Under the pieces are notes generated by a model. The model had not been told where the DNA came from. It saw only the letters and a program-made list of their open reading frames with translations, and made no database searches. A stretch of DNA of 64,000 nucleotides, taken from assembly GCA_965153355.1 (NCBI GenBank), contig OZ231126.1, positions 44,702,001 through 44,766,000 of the forward strand. Reading direction: 5' to 3'. This DNA comes from Flaccisagitta enflata. Its lineage: Eukaryota. Position 1 is the first letter of the stretch. Each line of letters starts with the position of its first letter. Both the position numbers and the translations under genes were made by a program. Shown piece by piece: positions 59,811 through 64,000 of this stretch.

Positions 59811-60900
59811 TTGGGCAGCGGCCCCAAAGGGCCGATGTCCTGTAGGACACAGGGGGGAATTTTGAGATGTCCGTCCTTCCGTCCCCCCCCTTGGCCATCG
59901 GAGCCTCAAGTCTGCAGTCTGATTTTGGCCCTCAGAGCCCTCAAATTAGCCCTTTCAGACCTCAATTTAGCCCTCGAGAGCTCAAATCAGCTCTCCAGAC
60001 CTCCTTTTTGGGCAGCAGCCGCGAAGGGGACAAAGTCCTGTAGAACACACGGGGACTTTCGTTCGTTTGTCTGTCCATTCGTGTGTTTGTTTGTCCCCCC
60101 CCCTCATCAGGCCCCTCAGGCCTCAAATATGGCCTTTCAGGCCTCAAATATGGCCTTTCAGGCCTCAAATCCAGCCTCTCAGGCCTCAAATCCAGCCTAT
60201 CAGGGCTCAAATCCAGCCTATCAGGCCTCAAATCTGGTCTCTCAGGCCTCGGATCCAACCTCTCAGGCCATAAACCTGGCCTCTCAGACCTCAAACTAGG
60301 CCTTTCAGGCCTTAAATCCATATTCTCATGCCTCAAACCTGGCCTCTCAGGAGTAAAGCCTCAAATCAGCCACCTAAGCCTCAATTTTTTGCTCTCCTGC
60401 CTCAAGTCAGCCCTCTCAAGCTTCCAATTGGCATTCTCAGGCCTTACATCAGCCTTCTTAGACCTTCAGCCTTCAATCAGCCCTCTATAGCATCTCATCC
60501 ACTTCAGGCAGGACGAACGAAAGTCCCCCTGTGTTCTACAGGTCTTCGTCCCCTTCAGGGCCGCTGTCCTGCTACCCCTCACTCCAATTCACAATCACTA
60601 AAAGCAGGGCAACGGGTATCGCTGACCATATATTGCCCTTGGGTGACCTGTTGCCCTTGAGACCTCAAATCAGCCCTCGAGACCTCAAATCCGCCCTCCA
60701 GGCCTCAAATCAACTCTTCAGGCCTCAAATTTGTCCTCTTGGCCTCAAGCATGCCCCCCAAACCTCAAATCTGCTCTTTTGGACTAAATTCTGCCATCCC
60801 GACTTCACATCGGCTTCAGGACGTCTCAAAATTCACCCCTGTGTCCTACAGGACATCGGCCCTTTGGGGCCACTGCCCTGCTCTCACTGCACTACTTCAC
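59811..60900 (+). mobile_element. Nested family B-related elements (inner copy about 60008-60652)
   Basis: Outer IR ttgggcagcggccccaaagggccgatgtcctgtaggacacaggg / ccctgtgtcctacaggacatcggccctttggggccactgccc; inner IR gtcctgtagaacacacgggga / tccccctgtgttctacagg plus tail. Confidence 0.7.
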
Positions 60901-62011
60901 TTGATCACTGGCTTTGTCCGTCCGTCCGTTGGTCGGTCCGTGGTCATCGGGTTGAAAAGTGGGAAAACAAGCGTTTTTGATATTTTTTGAGTATGTTTGA
61001 CAGTTGGGAATGAGTATGGGTGTGGATGGGGGTTGGATGCCCCTGCCCACCCGTCCGCAACGATATTGTGACCCCGCGTCTTTTATTTTTTGGGAAAGGG
61101 GCAATGCGGTAGAATTCGCATTTCAGCGCCTGTAAAGCAAAGTTCACTGACGGACGGACCGACGGACGGACCGACCAACAAAGCCGGTTATAGAATTGTT
61201 TTAGGGCACGCGTCTAGAAACATTAATCATACTATGAAACAATTACCTAAGCCGTAGACTGATCAAGTGATCATTCGACCAACTGACAAGATCACTGATA
61301 GATCAAATTACAAGACTGAGCTACTGACCAACTGACAAAAATGCTAACAGATCAATCGACCACCTGACCTAAACGCAGATCAAATTACGAGACCACTGAC
61401 TGATCTACCGACCAACTTTTAAAACTACTGACAGATTCAGCGACCAACTGACCAAACCGCAGATAAAATCACGCGACCACTGACTGATCTACGGACCGAC
61501 TGACTAAACCACTGATTGCCAAGGCCACTGACTGATCAATCGACACTGAGCGGCACATGGGAGAAGCAGTTATTCATCGATCTTTCGAATGCGATTCAGC
61601 TTCCGATTTGAGATTCACAACCACAGATTAACAGATTCAATTTTTTTTTCATCCTTCAATCGTTTTTCTTTCCGCTTTTGATTTCTCAATTGTCCATAGA
61701 TTTGATTTCATGGGCGTATAACAACATCATTTCGGAAAGCAGATAAGACTACGAAAGAAAAAAATAGTATCCAGTTTGGTAAGCATTGAGATGGATCTAG
61801 ACTTTTCCTTGAGCGAATTTGATAATCCAGTGTTGAACAATGTTTATATCAATTTCTCCTCGTTTAATCGTTGCTGACTTGTACAGTTTAAAGGTTGTTG
61901 ACTTAGGTAGTTTATTTGAGCGAAGAAGGTGGAAAATTTTCAAGGATTTTATGAAATCCCCCAAAGAAACAGAAAAAAGATGGCGAATAGAATGCAGTTT
62001 GCCGACGTGAA

Positions 62012-62289
<278 letters not shown>

Positions 62290-62377
62290 CCTGTTGGATG
62301 GTGCAAAGGTGTGTAAAGAGAGGATCGCTAAAACGATGGGGGCGGAAAAAAGCAAAAGAGCCAGACGATGAAATTGA

Positions 62378-62413
<36 letters not shown>

Positions 62414-63156
62414 TAATGTACAGAGACCCGTAATTCTTTTTCAACATTTTTTTATTTCATTCTTTTTCACATAAATCGAAAACTGTTTTTTTGACGCAAT
62501 CATTAATTTCAAAACCCATTCAAAACTGTATATATCCATGATTGTATGCTTCATAAACGTGATTGATAGAATATTGTCAATCAGGATGAAACAAAAGACA
62601 AGAGAACGACATGCTGAAAATCTTTTAATTCTCTTTTTCACTCTCTCTATCTCTCTTTAAATCGCGTTGAGAGGTAGAGAGAAAGAGAGATTGTTCACAG
62701 AATATTCTGAAACTGAAGGTGTAAAAATGCAGAAAAAAAAAGAATAAAAATCGTTGGCGCAAGAAAAAATAAATTCAGTTTTGCGCGTGCTTCATCTGAA
62801 GCGGATCGATCATCGACTGTCCGCGCGAAAAATAGAACGTATCCGCGTAACAAATGAATAACGTGAAATCACGTTACAAACGATGCGAAAATTTGGTAGC
62901 GATGAATAAAAGATGGTTTTGTTCAGCAATTGGGATCTCGCGCGAAAGATTTTTCAGGTTGTTGGATTCATTCAAAAAGATTTTGGGGCGAACCTTCGAA
63001 GCTGCCTTTGCATGGGGTCGAGAAAGGAGGGGTGCATCATCATCATGTAGGTTTTTCGCTATCTCTCTTTCTCTGTTTCTCACTATCTCTCTTCCGCTCT
63101 ATCTTTTTCTTTTTTTTTTTTCAACCATTTTCTTCCTCTTTAAGTTTTATTCTGTT

Positions 63157-63212
<56 letters not shown>

Positions 63213-63277
63213 CTTTTTTGCCCACTTATCTACAAGAATCAATTTTTCAGGTCTTAATTATAGTTGTCCGTCGGTCT

Positions 63278-63341
<64 letters not shown>

Positions 63342-63536
63342 AGGCACCATTAACAATCGACTCAAGACTCCTGCTATTTTCCATTCTTAGCCAGCCCCCC
63401 CCCATGTTTGGTCTATTCATATAGCTTACATGGGTCGGGGACTGATGGAGCTGAGTCCCACGGTAAACAGCCCCTTGGTCTATTAATATAGCTTGGGGTC
63501 ACGACTACTGCTGACAAACTACATACAACGTAAATG

Positions 63537-63599
<63 letters not shown>

Positions 63600-64000
63600 A
63601 GTCGCATCAACGCTTGATGTTTCTTATTTATATATTTATTCATTATCAAAATTGCTCTGTACTTAATATGACTACTCACCTAAATGGGGTGTTTGTGTAA
63701 ATAGCTCCGAGCTTCCTAATTGTTGTATTTTACGGGGGGAAGGGATTTGTATCACTTTGTATCGAATCCATATCGCCCTTTTGTATTTGCTTGATGGCAT
63801 TCCGTGCTTTCTTTCATTTACAATAAATGTCTTTTCATTCATACAAGAATAGTAAAGTAATTTCTGTAGAAAAGTCATCAAAAGCAACACCTTCGCATAG
63901 TAACATCCTTGCACACGGTTGAAAGCTAGGTACCTGAGATCCTTGGACCTAAGATAAAGGCTGGATGGCTAACCAGAACAGGGTACCTATCTTAAATGTA

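Noticed and set aside
59745-60490. Heptad-like ORFs (SGLKSAL / QASNPA repeats; also 10846-11310 and 45841-46134)
   Set aside because: Open frames arise from the 21-bp minisatellite of family B elements.

Overview
Eukaryotic (animal, probably invertebrate; an arthropod/crustacean origin is only a guess) genomic DNA, very rich in microsatellites and small non-autonomous transposons. Two large coding entities are supported. (1) An apparently intact non-LTR retrotransposon on + (about 26443-32784): ORF1 with a SAP-like motif, coiled coil and SGNH esterase; ORF2 with a modular poly-Gln leader, APE endonuclease, reverse transcriptase and CCHC; (AAATC)5 tail; (CT)n on both sides. (2) A compact 9-exon L-type voltage-gated calcium channel alpha-1 (Cav1) gene on - (58400-50193, about 1563 aa as hand-spliced) with an EEEE filter, AID and IQ motifs, but altered dihydropyridine-site residues, no distal C-terminus and introns mostly at non-ancestral positions. 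The remainder holds many TA-flanked Tc1/mariner/pogo MITEs (one with a transposase remnant, one carrying a tRNA-derived cassette), foldback elements, two Helentron-associated (HINE/DINE-1-like) repeat families with internal minisatellites, and a recent 2.5-kb tandem duplication with a 7-bp microhomology junction. Most short ORFs in the track are microsatellite or antisense artefacts. All comparisons to known proteins are from memory; no searches were run.
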